Assembly (NCBI RefSeq): GCF_009914755.1
Contig: NC_060941.1
Reading direction: 5' to 3' (one strand)
DNA: 64,000 nucleotides
From: the human T2T-CHM13v2.0 reference genome, Homo sapiens
Part shown: positions 46,727 to 63,754 of the stretch, piece by piece
Position numbering within the stretch: the first letter of the stretch is position 1
Layout of the letters: every line of letters begins with the position of its first letter
Translations under genes and position numbers: made by a program
Notes under the pieces: model-generated
Told to the model about the DNA's origin: nothing
Databases searched by the model: none
Seen by the model: the letters and a program-made list of their open reading frames with translations, nothing else

Positions 46727-48744
46727 GGCCCCCTCACAAAGCAGTGGGGCTGGAAAAGGGAGATGGGAACTAGAGGTGGGGGAGATGGGAGCCGGTGATC
46801 AGTGGGATTTGGTGACCAACTAGCTATGGAGAATGAGGGACAGGGAAGAGCTAAGACAACTATGGGCCTTCCAGCTCAAGGGCAGCTGGGCAGAAGTTCA
46901 GGACTTTAACTTAGAGGCAGAGGGAAAGGGAGGATGCTGAGAAGAAAACAAACATGCCGAATTAGGGCAGACATGCTCAAAGGGCCAACCAAAGTACATG
47001 TCTGGGATTCCGGACAGATCCGGGTCCCTCCTCTCTTCCCCCTTTCCATCTGTTAAAATCCCTTGTCTCTTCTACTGTATAAACCACCCTGGTGTCCCCA
47101 TCCTCATGGGCCCCCATGGCACTCACACCCCTACCCAGTTAATGTCCCCTCCTGTCTGCTCCTGATGCAGTTTTCTCCACGTCACTAGTGTAGCCACCTT
47201 GTTCCCCTCAAAGGTGTGTTTTGAGCCCCCCACTCAGCTGAAATGCCCCCGGACTCAGTAAAGGAACAGAACTGAGTGTGTTCAGGAAGTTGACCTAGGG
47301 GAGGAGGGGATCGGTGCAGAGTCAGGGAATGGGGAAGAGAAACAGGTCAGAGGGCTTCAGAAAACCTGTGATGCTACTCATGATGAATATGCAGGAAGGA
47401 AGGAGAGAGGAGAGGAGACAGACTCACAGAAGGTATGAGGCCATGAGGAAATGCAGACATGCACACATGCATACACATGTGATTCCTCAAGCTCCCAGCA
47501 GGCTTCCAGCATCAGGAGCTAAAATTGCTACCACTGATAAATGAAAAATTTAAACTCCCCACTGGGAAGGAGCATTTCAAGTACCATTCCTGGATATCGC
47601 CCCCTCCAATTCTTCTGTCCACTGATACGCTAGCATAGAGCAGATGTGATCATTTGAAGCTTCAACAAAGAATCCCTTGAAGATGACTGTGTATTTTTTT
47701 TTTTCCTAAATCAGGAACACCAGAATTAAGAGGAAGGTAGCCATGCAAAACTCAACACTGTTTGTCAACGTGGGTACTAACTCGGCTGTGTCTTGGATAA
47801 CACATCAACTTGGTAAAAACACACACAGAAAAGAAAACACTTTCTTCCAACTGTCAGAGCAAAAATCCTTTACTCTTCTGTCCAGCAACCTGAACAAAAA
47901 CAAGGGAATTTGTGGCTTGGTTTCCTTTACAACCTTATCTTCACTCCAGGCACCATCCCCTGTCTCTAAGCAACAGGGCACACTTTGGAACTACCAGGAG
48001 GCAAAACCCAGTGCTTATCCTGAGTCTTTTAGGACTAAACAAATCAGGGCAGAGCAATTGGTCCCTCGCAAGGTAGAGCCCAAGGAGCCCATGGGAAGGT
48101 ACGTGGCCCCAAATATCTTCATCAAACCCCATGCATACCCTGGCACTCCTCTGAGTTCCTTAGTGCCTGAAATTCCACCTCTCCACACTCAACCCATTGG
48201 CTTATTCCCCTGTCGGCTCCATGGGGGCACTGACTCAGTCTATCAGGTGACTTCTCCCACATCCCCACTCCCAACAGGAAAGCCCAACATGGCTCTAGTG
48301 TGAAGAGGAGGCTGACCCTTGAGAACAGGGCACAGAGAAGGAAATCTAGAACGTCACTGAGACTTAGTGATTTTTGTAGAAAAATGAGGAGCCTGGAGGA
48401 AAGTGTTTGATTAAAAGAGAATGAGGGAAAATGCCTGTATTGCTATGTTGACATTTAAGAAGACTGTTTGCACCTGCAAACAGGATTCAGAGATTTTTTT
48501 TTTTCTCCCATCAGCATGCCCCAACCTCTTCCCTAACATCTCTGAGACAGAAAGAATTTCTGAGAATATAGAGAAGAGAAATAAATGAACAAACTCTCTG
48601 GGAATGACAGCTCTGAACTTTAATAAGAGGGAGAGAAGAGAGCTGATGAGTACAAGGCTCTGCAGCAGAAAGGAAATGGAATTTGGAAGTGGAAGGAGCT
48701 GACAAACAGTGCTCATAACTGCTGCATCCAATAGTCAGGATAAC

Positions 48745-48965
48745 TGCTATTTATCTGGTACCTTTATTTCTCAAGCAGGCTCGTGTCCATGACCTTATTT
48801 TATCCTCAAATCACCTGTGAAGCAGAGGGTGGAGCTGGAATTATTTATCTCCTGGTGAAGCCAGTGATATCACAACTTGGAGAAGTCATTCTTACAATCA
48901 CCTACTTGGTGATTTTCAAAATAAGACAGGAATTATAGATTCTGACTCCCAATGCTTACTTACCA
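48745..48965 (-). mobile_element. MIR fragment
   Basis: ttattttatcctcaaatcacctgtgaagcag...ttctgactccc. Confidence 0.45.
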
Positions 48966-51486
48966 TTGATTCTGGAAAATGTGGATGGTCTAAATTGCTA
49001 TCGTAAAAATGCAATTTCCCAACTTTATTTCATCCATGAGCTTTGAGTTCATTTCTAATTAAATTTTTTCAGTAGCCCATCAACAAAACAGATCAGTTTG
49101 AGATTCTTCTCCTTGTTCATTCTCTCTTAAAGAGAATTATTAAGAAGAAGCATCCGAATTCATTTTTGAGCCCTCATTTGATTTCCATTTACCATCTCTG
49201 TGTTGCTGAAGCTGTGGAAGCAACAGTCTCCATGGCTGAGAGTAGAGCTTAAGTTACGCAGATGGGCTGCAAAGATTAATTGCCATTCTTAAAGACGCCG
49301 ATAGAACTATGAAAAATAAGTAGTAATAGTAGTAGTAGGAAGAAGAGGAGGAGAAGGAGGTTGGAGAATAGGGGAAGTTACCATGCTCTAGTAAACTGCA
49401 AGATGTTGGCATATGACAAACCTTGGTACAAGATATAAGACAAAATGAAATGGGATCGAGCGTATAATCCCTGTGGCTACTAACTACTGCATTAGTAGAC
49501 AAAGCAACAATTAGGATGAGCCGTGAATGAGGATGTGGTGCTGTCCCTTAGGGCAGGTAATACCCAAAACATGCAGCCATACACTTGTCTATTCTCCAAA
49601 GAGCTGAACCACTGAAGAAATGGTGGTCTGAAATGGCTTGGAAGTCTAGGTGTTATTGGGAGCTTGGATTCGTCACGAGCCCCCTAGGGGCTTCACACAC
49701 ATACTGATTTTGCAGACTTCTACCCCCTCGAATATTCTGTGGAGAACAACCTATTTTTTTCTATCCTCTCCCAAACCGCCATGCTGAGCTCATCGCCTCT
49801 GAATTTATCTCCGTGTCAAGGAGAAGATGACAGCCAAAAGTAATACATTTTGTTTAAGTCAAGTCATGACACATCTATGCCAAATGGAGAACTCAGCTGG
49901 CAATTACCACACTGAAAAGTGGGACAAACAACAGAGCAAGGAATAGACCTAGAAGTACATTTAGGTGTCATTTCACCCACTGTATTTAACCAGAGAAAGA
50001 AAAAGAAAATGGAATTTTGATTTCAGAATCCAACCTTGGTTAATGGTTATTTGCAGAAAACTAGAAACATTTTAATTATTTTCAACTCCACACCATAACA
50101 GCTATCAAGGGAATGGAGACAAAACAAACAGGGACTTATTAAATACATAATTAATGTGCACTAAAATTCGCATATATGAATATGAGTAAGCTGGGACCAT
50201 TATAAGGTATGCAACTGAAACGTGATCAATTAATTAAACCTGTTATTTGCTGGGGCTTTGGGAAAAATGGGGCCACCTCAACAGAGGAGGGAGACTCATC
50301 AGCAGATGAGATGGCTCCTTGGTGGTCCATCCTGCTTGCAAAGTAGCCAGGTATTTCAAGAAACAAAAATCTTAGAAAAGCTACAATTTTCTTTACAGTG
50401 AAGCAAAAATAAATCAAGCCCTTGTCAATCAAGACCTTAATCAAGACCATTGTCAAGCTACAAATAGATTACTTTATTCCCTCTTGCCTGGTCTCCAGTC
50501 TCCATTATAATCAAATAAAAATACTTTTCAGGCACTGCATCTGGTTTAGAAATATAGTCTGTGGCCAGGAAACAAAATGAAGAAAACTGGCAACACAGGA
50601 ATGAAATCACTTGTAGCGATTATTAATAACCGTCCTCTTTTGAAATGGATTAAAGTGCAGTACAACAATAGGTTATAACATGGAAGAAGAATTCAGATAT
50701 TCAGATATTCAGACCTTAAGAATGCACTTTATCCTTATCACAAAGCAGCAAATGAAGTGCTGTGCTTCCTAGCAGCCAAAGAATAAAAAAAGGTCTACAC
50801 GATCAATGTCTGTCATTCCCACAGGGAGGCAAAGCTTTTCCAGGCAGTGTATTCTAAAAGTTTTATCTAGAGGCATTGGGGGATGAACAGGACAATGGCT
50901 CTAGCAGAAAGCTGACAATAAAGACTCCAGTGATTTTCATCTGACGGTTAACATCCTTTCTTTCAAACCTGAGTTAAGTCACAGGAGGCTGTTCTGTGAG
51001 AGGGGCTAAGCTGACATAGACCAATGATGTTGGCTTGGGCTGGGGTGAGGAGAGGTTGTCTACTGGCAGATAACACATAACACCAGAGGACAAGATGATG
51101 AGCTACTATTTCAGCCCTTGTGCAGCTCCTTCCATCCCCCGACATCAGACATCATGATGCTCTCGAGCCTGCTACACAAGTCCCGGCACAACTCGCAACC
51201 CACTTCAGTCCCCAACTCAGGAAATAAGAAAAAAACTCAGAACCAACAGGAGCAAGAGAATGGTATCACAGGATGACTCTGCAGCATCCTGAATTTATCA
51301 GAAACAATGTGAAAAGGCTGACATTTAAATTATTTTATTCACAATATATGTAGGACATACCCCATGACTGAGAACAGCTCTCTTACACTGTCTTCCAGAA
51401 ATGGAACTCCTCCCAAGGCAAGCTTGGGTAGGCACTACACAACAAACAATTTGTGAAGTTACTTTTTTTTTGCTAAGGGTCTAGTG

Positions 51487-51686
51487 CAGTGTCATCCAGT
51501 AGAACTTCCTGTGATCATGGAAGCGTTCTACATCTTGTGTTGTCCAACACAGTAGCCACTAGATACAAGTATTTGATGTGTGGCTAAGTCATGCTAAGGA
51601 GCTAAAGTTTGCATTTTATTCCAGTTTAACTCATGTAAATTTAGAGAACTACAGGTGGCCAGGGACTATGGAATTGGACAGAGCAA
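51487..51686 (+). mobile_element. MER3
   Basis: tccagtagaacttcctgtgatcatggaagcgttcta...tgtccaacacagtagccactag. Confidence 0.8.
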
Positions 51687-51691
51687 GTCTA

Positions 51692-52156
<465 letters not shown>

Positions 52157-52830
52157 TTACATAATAGGTAGGAGGATGGCATAATACAATCGACGTGGAA
52201 ATGAGTCTTGATTTTAACCCCAATCCTAGCGCAGCATTAGACTTTCACTCTGGCTGTAGCTTCCTTGATCTGAAGGCCAGAAAGTAGGGCTCAGGCATCT
52301 GCGCGTCTGTCGCCTGTGCAGGAGATGACAGAATGTCTAAAAGTTTCCCTGCCACTTTTATTTGGGATCACGGAGGATTCCCAGAGTTGCGATTTTGCCC
52401 TCTGGGCGTTGGTGCCAACTCTCATGCTCAAATCCAACAGCGTCATTTAGAAGTGTGCTACCGGCTTCTGCCTCAGTGCACACCAGGAACATGATATGTT
52501 GAGCAAAATGTCATCCCATGTAGGAGCCTGTGCTAATTATAATGTCAGGCTTCCCACTGAGATACTGATAATTAAAGGAGAATATTACAATGTTTTCAAA
52601 CTCCTGCAGTAAATGAGAAGCATCTTCAAATGTAACCTGTTGGAGATGAAAATTAAAGCCATCTGTGACGTCCCCATTTAAGACCTCCACAACCAGAACC
52701 AGACAATTTTTGAGGATCAAAGCAAGTTGAAGGCAAAAGTAGGTGGGTGGTAGAGTTTGGGGGAAGAGGAGGAGGTGGAGGGGAATTAATGTTTTCCAGG
52801 TCCTGCTGTGTTCTAGGAACCACAATACTC

Positions 52831-53087
52831 TTTATTTTTTTATTGAGACAGGTCTTGCTCTGTCACCCAGGCTGGAGTGCAGTGGCACAAGCACGGCTCA
52901 CTGCAGCCTCTACCTCCTGGGCTCAAGTGATTCTCCTGCCTCAGCCTCCTGAGTAGTTGGGACTATAGGCATGCGCCACCACGCCCAGCTAATTTTTGTA
53001 TTTTTTGTAGAGACGGGGTTCTGCCACGTTGCCCAGGCTGGTCTTGAACTCCTGAGTTCAAGTGATCTGCATGCCTCGGCCTCCCAA
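52831..53087 (-). mobile_element. AluJ/S, 5'-truncated
   Basis: Ends at ggcctcccaa. Confidence 0.9.
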
Positions 53088-53463
53088 CGATACACTCTGA
53101 ATAGCAGATAACACAGTGGGTGGCCCTGCTTGTTGCTACTGCTGTCGTCTCAATAATGAACTGCCAAGTAGCTATTATCTGCATTTTACAGCTGGGAAAG
53201 CTAAGACTCTCATGATCTCACCTAAGGTTACCTACCTAGTAAAGCATTTGGTGGCTCCAGGATCCAAGTCTTGGCCTTTCTGCTCTAAAGGTTGTGCTTG
53301 TCCTATGCCTGTGGGCGACCACCTGCTTGGGTCCTGGAGCATCAGTGGTGGTGACAGGTGTGCAGGGGCCTCACAGGCATTCATTTTACACATCTCCTAG
53401 AGCACCCACAGTGGTGGGCCCTGTGTACGGTGAGGCTTCCTGCCCAGGTTTCCCTGCCCAAGT

Positions 53464-53564
53464 CTCCTTGCTGAACTGAGCCCGATGCATCTGGAGTGAG
53501 AACTACGCCAACGTGGTGCTGCAGACATTAACATTTAATGTGGCAAGCTTAAGAAAAGCAAGAA
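53464..53564 (+). repeat. 101-bp duplication of apparently unique sequence, copy A; partner 57213-57313
   Basis: 94/101 identical, gap-free. Confidence 0.95.
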
Positions 53565-53587
53565 GCATTTCCTGAACTTCTCTGTAA

Positions 53588-54150
<563 letters not shown>

Positions 54151-54637
54151 GGTATATTTTATTATGGTCAATGATGCATGCCTTTGTGTGGTGTTCTGCT
54201 TCCTCATTAACTGAGCCTGAGTCGCCGGCTACTGAGAAGGCCCCTCCAGTTTCTGGAAGCAGAGCAATGTGAAGCAGAAGCTGTTGCATCACGGTTTCTC
54301 CTGGAAAGGTCTGTACCTAACAGTAGAATTTTCTGCTCAGTCTTTACCCCAGGAAAATGAAAAATCAACATGTTCTTTCTCATGGCTAGTAGCTCCTTTC
54401 TTGCAAGTCGGGGCCCTGGTCTCGCACTGCTGCCCCTCCAAAGCCACCCTTTGCAGCACGGGGAGACTGCACAAGGGCAAGCTGAAGGTCCAGGCTCACA
54501 TCACCAATGTCAGCAGCAGCAGCCTCCCTGGCCACCTGCAGCTGTCCGCAGACTTTTCAGCATTCCAACAGATCCTCCATATTCCACACAAAATCAAAAT
54601 CCACAGCAACTGCCACCTCGTTGGAAAGCAGGGCTCA

Positions 54638-54746
54638 AAAAACAACTTTATTTTTCTCCTGTCTATTGACTTGGAGGAAAATTCACTAGATTTTTTAAAA
54701 ATGTACTATAAAAATGTATATTGCTCAAAAAAAAAAAAAAAAAAAA
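54638..54746 (+). pseudogene. Short 5'-truncated retrocopy (probable mRNA 3' end) with poly-A; source unknown
   Basis: A23 at 54727-54749, TATAAA at 54707-54712, TSD aaagcagg(g/a)ctca at 54625-54637 and 54747-54759; not recognisable as Alu or L1. Confidence 0.7.
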
Positions 54747-55368
54747 AAAGCAGGACTCATAGACACCCCAAGCAAGTGCCATGGTAGGTGGGACAGAGAT
54801 TATCCCTTTGTGTCAAAGGACTCTGCTGGATGGAATGAATGGGAAGGAACTTAACAAAAAGAACTGGCTTCAAAGAGTTCAAAGGTTTCCATATGACCCA
54901 GCAATTCTACTCCAAGGTATGTACCCAAGAGAACACAGGTCCATACAAAGACATAAACACACATAGCAGCATTACTTACAACACCCAAAAAAGTAAAAAC
55001 AATCCAAATGTCCATCAAGTGATGAAACAGTAAACAAAACACGGTGTATCCATAGAATAGAGTATTATCTGGCCAGAAAAAGAAAGACTTACTGATACAT
55101 GCTACAACATCAACGAAACTTGGAAGCATCATGCCAAGTGAAAGAAACCAGACACAAAAACATACATATTACATGATACCGTTTAAATGAAAGTCAGTCC
55201 CGGTTAGGGAAACTGTAGAGACAAAGTAGATTAGTGCAGGGGCTGGAGGGAGGGAGGAATGGGGAGTGACTGCTAATAAGCATGCAGTTTCTTTTTTTCC
55301 TCAGAGGTACTGCTCAAAGAGTGTGGGGTTTCTTTACAGGGTGATGAGAGTATTCAGGAATAGTGGTA

Positions 55369-55521
55369 GGTTGGGTACAGTGGCTTACACCTATAATCTC
55401 AGCACTATGGGAGGCTGAAGCAGGAGGTTCTCTTGAGGCCAGCAGTTCGAGGCCACCCTGGCCAACACAGCAACACCCTTGTCTCTACTGGAAGAAAAAA
55501 ATTAAAATTAAAAATTAAAAA
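55369..55521 (+). mobile_element. FLAM_C / left Alu monomer
   Basis: Single monomer with A-rich tail. Confidence 0.85.
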
Positions 55522-55576
55522 GATAGTGATGGTGGTTGCACAACCTTTCAGATATACTAAAACCACTGAATTGTGA

Positions 55577-55898
<322 letters not shown>

Positions 55899-56629
55899 TG
55901 AATTGTGAACTTTAAAAGGGTGAATTTTATGGTATGTGAAACATATCACATTCTTTTAAAAAAGTTAACAGGGACTCTTTCCTCAGTGTGGAAGTGTAAT
56001 TGACAGACCTCCTAACTACCAGTGAGCGTGGGGATGAGAAAATGCCACACAATAAAGTTGCTTGAGAAAGAGAGAGATTGAGCGACAGATCATGTGTGAG
56101 ATGGAGTAGGGTCAGTAACCATTTAAATATGCCACTGACCTTGAGAAAAAGAATGTCAGCTATAATCACAAGCCACAAACGTCTGTCACTGTGAATTGGC
56201 TCATCACGAAGAACTGAGGGATAACATGGAGTTATGATAGCAGTGGAGGCAGGCAGGGGAAAAGGGCCCATGAGATATGGATGGCAGCACTCTCCCCCAT
56301 TCCCTGCCATCCCCACTGCACATGTATAAGCTAAGTAAATATTACGTCGTCTTTTACTAACACCCCAAAACTCTCACTTGATGAAGGACCAGGGGAGTAA
56401 GTTGCTGAATGGGCTCATTAAGACTTAGGAATTCTTTAGAGGCTCAAACACAGAAAGCCAGTGATGGGAAATAAGGATGACACAGCTGATAGCCCATGGG
56501 AGTCCCAGGGTGAGACTAAGACTCCATAAGAGCCAGGCTTAGACTTATAAAGGAATGCTGGCTGCTGAAGACATTTCAGAACTCAAGCTAAGAATCTCTG
56601 GCCTGCATTCAGAAGATACCTTTGGTCTC

Positions 56630-57075
56630 TGTGGTTGGCCAAATGATGGCTCCAAATATATCCAGGTCCTCATTCCTGAAACCTGTGAATGTTACCTTTC
56701 ATGACAAAGGAGATTTTTCAGATATGATTATCCTGGATAATCTGGGTGGTCCCTCAATGCAACCACAAGAATCTTTATAAAAAGGCAGAGGGAGATTTGG
56801 CACAGAAGAGAAAGCAGTGATCCTGGAGGTACTGATTGGAGTGATGTGGCCACAAGCCAAGGAATGCCTGCAGCCTGCAGAAGCTGGAAGAGGCCAGGAA
56901 TGGATTATCCCCTAGAGCCCCCGGCAAGAACACGGCCCTTCCAACCCCTTGACTTTATCACAGTGAAACTGATGTCAGACTTCTGGCCTCCAGAACTGCA
57001 GGAGAATAAATCTGGATTGTTTTAAGCCACTAAGTTTGTGATAATTGGTTACACCAGCCAAAGAAAACCAAGGCA
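56630..57075 (+). mobile_element. MLT1C/MLT1D-like LTR
   Basis: aacctgtgaatgttacc...gccacaagccaaggaatgcc...gacttctggcctccagaactg...ttttaagccactaagtttgtg. Confidence 0.85.
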
Positions 57076-57212
57076 GTCCTTCATTCTGCTTCTAACTTGT
57101 CTAAATATTAAAACAACCCCAGTAAGATGATCTCTAGCATAAAGGAATAACATCTCTCTACTTCTGTGCATAAGTTGAGGGTTGAGGTGTTGAAGTGGTT
57201 AGGTGATGGTAA

Positions 57213-57313
57213 CTCCTTGATGAACTGAGTCTGATGCATCTGGAGTGAGAACCACGCCAACGTGGTGCTGCAGACATTAACGTTTAATGTGGCAAGCTTA
57301 AAAAAGGCAAGAA
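57213..57313 (+). repeat. 101-bp duplication, copy B; partner 53464-53564
   Basis: 94/101 identical, gap-free. Confidence 0.95.
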
Positions 57314-57334
57314 TTTCACCTTTCCAAAAAAGCA

Positions 57335-57475
57335 TTTTTATCTGATCGCAAGTCATAAATATTTACTACAGGAAAGCTTAGTTATAAATCTCACAAAAAC
57401 AGGAAGAAAATAAAAGTCATCTGCAATCCTATCACCCAGGAATAACCAACCACTGTGAACATTTTCATGTCTAAA
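57335..57475 (-). mobile_element. Old L1M 3' fragment
   Basis: gaagaaaataaaagtcatctgcaatcctatcacccag...ccactgtgaacatttt. Confidence 0.5.
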
Positions 57476-57845
57476 TTTGGGTTCCTGTTCCCTGAAACAA
57501 AAAAATCACTTTGGATTAAAATCCCAAGCATTTCTTTGAAAGCCATTATCAGGAGCTGGCAATGAGGACAGGCCACATGACCAAAACCAACTGTTGTGTG
57601 GTTCTAGCAACACAAACAGTGGTCCCCAGGCCTCTATGTCATAGCAACAACCAGCAAAACAAACTTGGCTCTTGATACTATTGAGAGGAAAATAAAAAGC
57701 ATGGAATTCACCTACCCTCTTCTCTGGACCTTTAAAATAATTTCAAACACAAAAGGCAGCAAGAGTCTGCCAATGTATCATCAGGACCCACATGAGTCAA
57801 TGTCCTCCCTTGGCCCACCTGGACAATGTAGAAAGAAAATTAGGC

Positions 57846-58130
57846 GGCTGGGAGTGGTGGCTCACACCTGTAATCCCAGCACTCTGGGAAGCCAAGGTGG
57901 GCGGATCACCTGAGGTCAGGAGTTTGAGACCAGCCTGGCCAACATGGCAAAACCCCGCCTCTACTAAAAGTACAAAAATTAGATGGGCGTGGTGGTGGGT
58001 GCCTGTAATCCCAGCTACTCAGGAGGCTGAGGCAGGAGAAGCTTGAACCTAGGAGGCGGAGGTTGCAGTGAGCTGAGATCGCGCCACTGCACTCTACCCT
58101 GGGTGACAAGAGCGAGACTCCATCTCAAAA
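57846..58130 (+). mobile_element. AluSx
   Basis: Full dimer; TSD agaaagaaaatt(agg). Confidence 0.95.
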
Positions 58131-58142
58131 AGAAAGAAAATT

Positions 58143-58443
<301 letters not shown>

Positions 58444-59148
58444 TTAGGACACCTAACTCTCAAACAGCCCCTCCTCTCTTAGAATGGAGGGCAGGTACCC
58501 AATGCACCAGTTCTTCTAGGTGCTCAAGTATATAATACATATTGAATACATCAAAGCTTCAGTATGTGTTATAACATTGGGCCCCCCAAAAAGAACGCAG
58601 TATAGAACTTCTTGCAAGAAGCTCCATCTATCAGGGGCAAATAAACATGTTTAAATACAGGTAATTGCATCCATCAAGAGTTGAATGAATAAAGAAAATA
58701 TGGTACATACACACAATGGCGTATTATTCAGCCACATAAATGAATGAGATCCGGTCATTTGCAACAACATGGATGGAACTGGAGGTTATTATGTGAAGTG
58801 AACTAAGCCAGGCATGGAAAGACAAACTTCTCATGTTCTCACTTATTTGTGGGAGCTAAAAATTAAAACAATTGAACTCATGGAGATAGAGAGGAGAAGG
58901 ATGTTTACCAGAGGCTGGGAAGGGCAGTCGGGGAGTCGGGGGAAAGTAGTGATGGTTAACAGGTACAAAAAAAAATAGATGAGTCAGACCTAGTAGTTGA
59001 CAGCACAACAGGGTGGCTATAGTCAATAATATAATAATTGTACATTTTAAAATAACTACAAGTATAACTGGATTGTTGGTAACACAGAGGATAAATGCTT
59101 AAGTTGATGGGTTATGCATTACATACCTGTATCAAAATATTTCATGCA

Positions 59149-59445
59149 GGCCAGGCGAGGTGGCTCACACCTGTAATCCTAGCACTTTGGGAGGCTAAGG
59201 CGGGAGAATCTATTGAGCCCAGGAGTTCGAGACTAGCCTAGGCAACATGGCAAAACCCTGTCTCTACAAAAAATACAAAAAAAAAAAAGAAATTAGCTGG
59301 GTGTGGTGGTATGCACCTGTAGTCCCAGCTACTCAGGAGGCTGAGGTGGGAGGATCAACTGAGCCCAAGGTTGAGGCCGCAGTGAGCCATGATCACACCA
59401 CTGCACTCCAGCCTGAGTGACAGAGAGAGATCTTGTCTCAAAAAA
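59149..59445 (+). mobile_element. AluJ
   Basis: J pattern (ttgagcccaggagttcg, ggaggatcaactgagccc). Confidence 0.92.
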
Positions 59446-59446
<1 letters not shown>

Positions 59447-59479
<33 letters not shown>

Positions 59480-59495
59480 ACGCACGCGCATATGT
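59447..59495. repeat. (TG)n and alternating purine-pyrimidine tract
   Basis: tatgtgtg...tgtgcacgcacgcgcatatgta. Confidence 0.9.
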
Positions 59496-60270
59496 ATTTC
59501 ATGGCCCCATAAATATACATACCTATGTTACTGACAAAAATTAAAAATAAATAAATAAATAAAACACACAAACAGGTAATTGTAAGTCAGAGTGATAATT
59601 ATGGTAACAGAAGATAAAGGATACAGCAAGACATCACAAAGGAAGGAGTGATTAACTTTGTTAAATAAATGAAATTAATAATAAATATTTCTATGATTCT
59701 TCACAGTTATCATCCAATGCTAAGGCTAGAAGGAGCCATAACAATAATTTACCACAATCCCCTAAATTTTCAAATGAATGAATGTTTGAATGAGATAACC
59801 CCTAGAATCTCTTTAAGCTTCCAATTTAACTTTCTCCCATACAAAGCAATGGTGCAGTTCACTGTTGAGACCATAAGGTACTCATGATAAGTGATTAGTA
59901 GGAACTCAATTGCTAGGTGATTTTTAATGCCATTCAAAAACAGAAGGGCCAGGAATCTTTGGAAGGCTCAGAGCCCTTCAATCTGTATGATACTGCATGG
60001 ACAGCACTTCAAGAGACAGTATGCTCAAAAGGCTGCAGTCTCGGGTTGGTTTTCTAAAAAAACATGTTGTTTCCTCAGGGTGTCCTTCTGCAGCAGACAC
60101 AAACACCATAGACCACCCCCACAGATGCACCCAGGCAGGCGCCACGGAAGTAGCTTAGAAGGAGGCGGGTGGTGTCTGCACTCTGTTTCTGGAGTCTGCC
60201 TTTTAGTGCTCTTTTTACTGCGCCTGCCTGCATCTGCTGGTCTGCATCAGTCATTACCATTTCTTCCTAA

Positions 60271-60624
<354 letters not shown>

Positions 60625-60634
60625 TGGGGAGGGG

Positions 60635-61196
60635 TTCTTTCCTGTTCTAGGGTTGTGGATAGACTCCATAAAGTCTAAACACCCAGAATTGTCTGCAAAA
60701 TATTGTGTGTGGCTGTGGTCTCAAGGTTTATGTCTCCCCAGAATTCATATTTGGAAACCTAATCCCCAATGGTATTGTTATTAGGATGGTGGGGACTTAG
60801 GGAATGAATGGTATTAGGAGGTGGGGACTTGGGGAAGTGATTAGGTCGTGAGATGGAGCTCTTATGAATGGGATTAACAACCTCATGAAATGAGACTCCA
60901 GAGAGTGCCCTCTTTCCACCATGTGAGGATACAACGAGAAGACAGTCACCTGCAACCCGGAGAAGGACCCTCACCAGAACCTGACCACGACCATGCTGGC
61001 AGCCCGATCTCAGGCTTCCAGCTTCCAGAACTGTGAGAAATAAATTTCTGTTGTTTCTAAGCTACCCATTGTATGGCATTTTGTAATGGCAGCCTGAACA
61101 GACTAAGACATGTGTACAACATCCTCTTGTGAGATGGTGTATAGCTCTTATCAGATTCACAGGACAACTGTGAACCACAGAAGCTTAAGAACTATT
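60635..61196 (+). mobile_element. Charlie4z-like DNA transposon remnant split by MLT1A
   Basis: gaattgtctgcaaaatattgtgtgt / tatagctcttatcagattc...cttaagaactatt. Confidence 0.5.
60710..61110 (+). mobile_element. MLT1A-type LTR
   Basis: ccctcaccagaacctgacca...ccagaactgtgagaaataaatttctg...gactaagaca; TGTGT flanks. Confidence 0.88.
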
Positions 61197-61699
61197 TGAC
61201 CTTGCACATGTGTATTAAATATTAACCCAAGAGCCCCAGATGTGTGCATATGCCTTCGGGTGTGGCCTCACACTCTGGATACCTCCGGGAGATAGGCTAC
61301 TATTAACAAGCCTTCCATTTTCCTTCTACTCCAAAAAAAAATTTTTTTTAGCAAAATGTCATCCTCAGGACATACTAAACTGAAATAGCAAAGACAAAAA
61401 ACTTCAAAAAAAAGAATCGATTCTCCATTTAGTCATTGTGAAAAGTCTGTCTTAAAAACCCAGAGTCTCAGGGAATGTCAAAGCTCTAGTTAAATTTTTA
61501 ATACACTATAAAGGATAGTGTTAAAGAAGAGACCTTTTCAAAGGTAAGTTGGCTCCAAACAGGCTCTTAAAATGGTCCTCATCAAAGACATGAAGCTGCT
61601 TGACAGTGATGGTGAGGGAGTTCACTTCTCTTTAGACAGGATTAGGAGCTGAAGACTTGAGGAATGAGCCACAGTGGGTCTTTGGAGACACATCTATTT

Positions 61700-63122
<1,423 letters not shown>

Positions 63123-63275
63123 AAAGACAAGACTGGGAAAGAAATGTCCCTTCAAACCTCTCCATCCAGTCAAGCCAGCTGTCCTCCAGTTTACTGAAAC
63201 CAGTGACTATTACCACCATGCTTCTGGTGAAATCTAACTCAGTTGAGATTCCTGGAAGGCACTCAATCCTCATTT

Positions 63276-63754
<479 letters not shown>

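Larger units (their letters stand above)
58668..59570 (+). mobile_element. L1MA-type 3' end interrupted by AluJ
   Basis: gtcatttgcaacaacatggatggaactggagg...ctcatggagatagag; TSD acaggtaattg on both sides. Confidence 0.9.

Noticed and set aside
47743-48303. 186-aa ATG-initiated ORF (gccATGc) in non-repeat DNA
   Set aside because: No recognisable domain or family and no promoter or splice support; needs BLASTP, PhyloCSF or Ribo-seq to reconsider
50693-50714. (TTCAGATA)x~3 short tandem repeat
   Set aside because: Ordinary slippage duplication
54269-54787. 172-aa ORF ending in poly-Lys
   Set aside because: Reads through the retrocopy poly-A; chance ORF with no ATG start
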